The notes under the pieces were generated by a model, which saw only the letters and a program-made list of their open reading frames with translations, made no database searches and was not told the DNA's origin. Source: Stegostoma tigrinum (taxonomy: Eukaryota). From it: a stretch of DNA of 64,000 nucleotides. A program made the position numbers and the translations under genes. Of this stretch, positions 63,900 to 64,000 are shown piece after piece. The stretch's first letter is position 1; each line of letters opens with the position of its first letter. The stretch lies in assembly GCF_030684315.1 (NCBI RefSeq), contig NC_081369.1, positions 2,532,689 through 2,596,688 of the forward strand. The letters are read 5' to 3'.

Positions 63900-64000
63900 C
63901 CCCACCAGCTCCTCTGAAAATCGTCTCTAAGCCATCCAAAGACCTTTTATCTCCTTCTCTCCGGCTTCAGTGCAGGACATCAGACTTTTACCCAAAAGAC
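63900..64000 (+). CDS. C1-set Ig exon, receptor copy 2 (5' part, open)
   Basis: attcag| acceptor, phase 1; APPAPLKIVSKPSKDLLSPSLRLQCRTSDFYPKD, truncated by the window end. Confidence 0.88.

Larger units (their letters stand above)
60271..64000 (+). repeat. Segmental duplication, copy 2 (paralog of 7811-11570)
   Basis: Colinear with copy 1; continues past the window end. Confidence 0.95.

Noticed and set aside
1-64000. CRISPR array or prokaryotic system
   Set aside because: No regularly spaced repeats or operon-like ORFs; the sequence is intron-containing vertebrate DNA.

Overview
Repeat-rich vertebrate genomic DNA. The repeat repertoire (HE1/V-type SINEs, Deu-domain SINEs, CR1 LINEs, Penelope-like elements) points to a cartilaginous fish, probably a shark; this is inference from repeat content. 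The host gene content is a decaying, duplicated family of immunoglobulin-superfamily receptors with a single-exon V(J)-type domain, one C1-set domain, an uncharged TM segment and an ITIM tail, which resembles SIRP architecture. Copy 1 (+ strand, exons 9505-9813, 11473-11784, 13219-13332, 17004-17123) is a pseudogene. Copy 2 lies about 52.5 kb downstream, with an open V exon (62022-62333) and an open C1 exon (63900 to the window end). A probable third, oppositely oriented 5' remnant lies at about 44.1-44.7 kb. Between the copies are a degraded Gmr1-type Gypsy element with integrase before RT (about 24.0-27.5 kb) and a heavily deleted class III (ERV-L/ERV-S-related) endogenous retrovirus that retains PBS, gag, pro, RT and env remnants (about 33.1-40.8 kb). 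There are many Penelope-like insertions from several families. These carry minimal hammerhead-ribozyme-like motifs and repeatedly form head-to-head palindromes with a roughly 35-nt tail on one side only and target-site duplications. Most short ORFs in the supplied track are transposon-derived or noise. All alignments and translations were done by eye; repeat boundaries are approximate.
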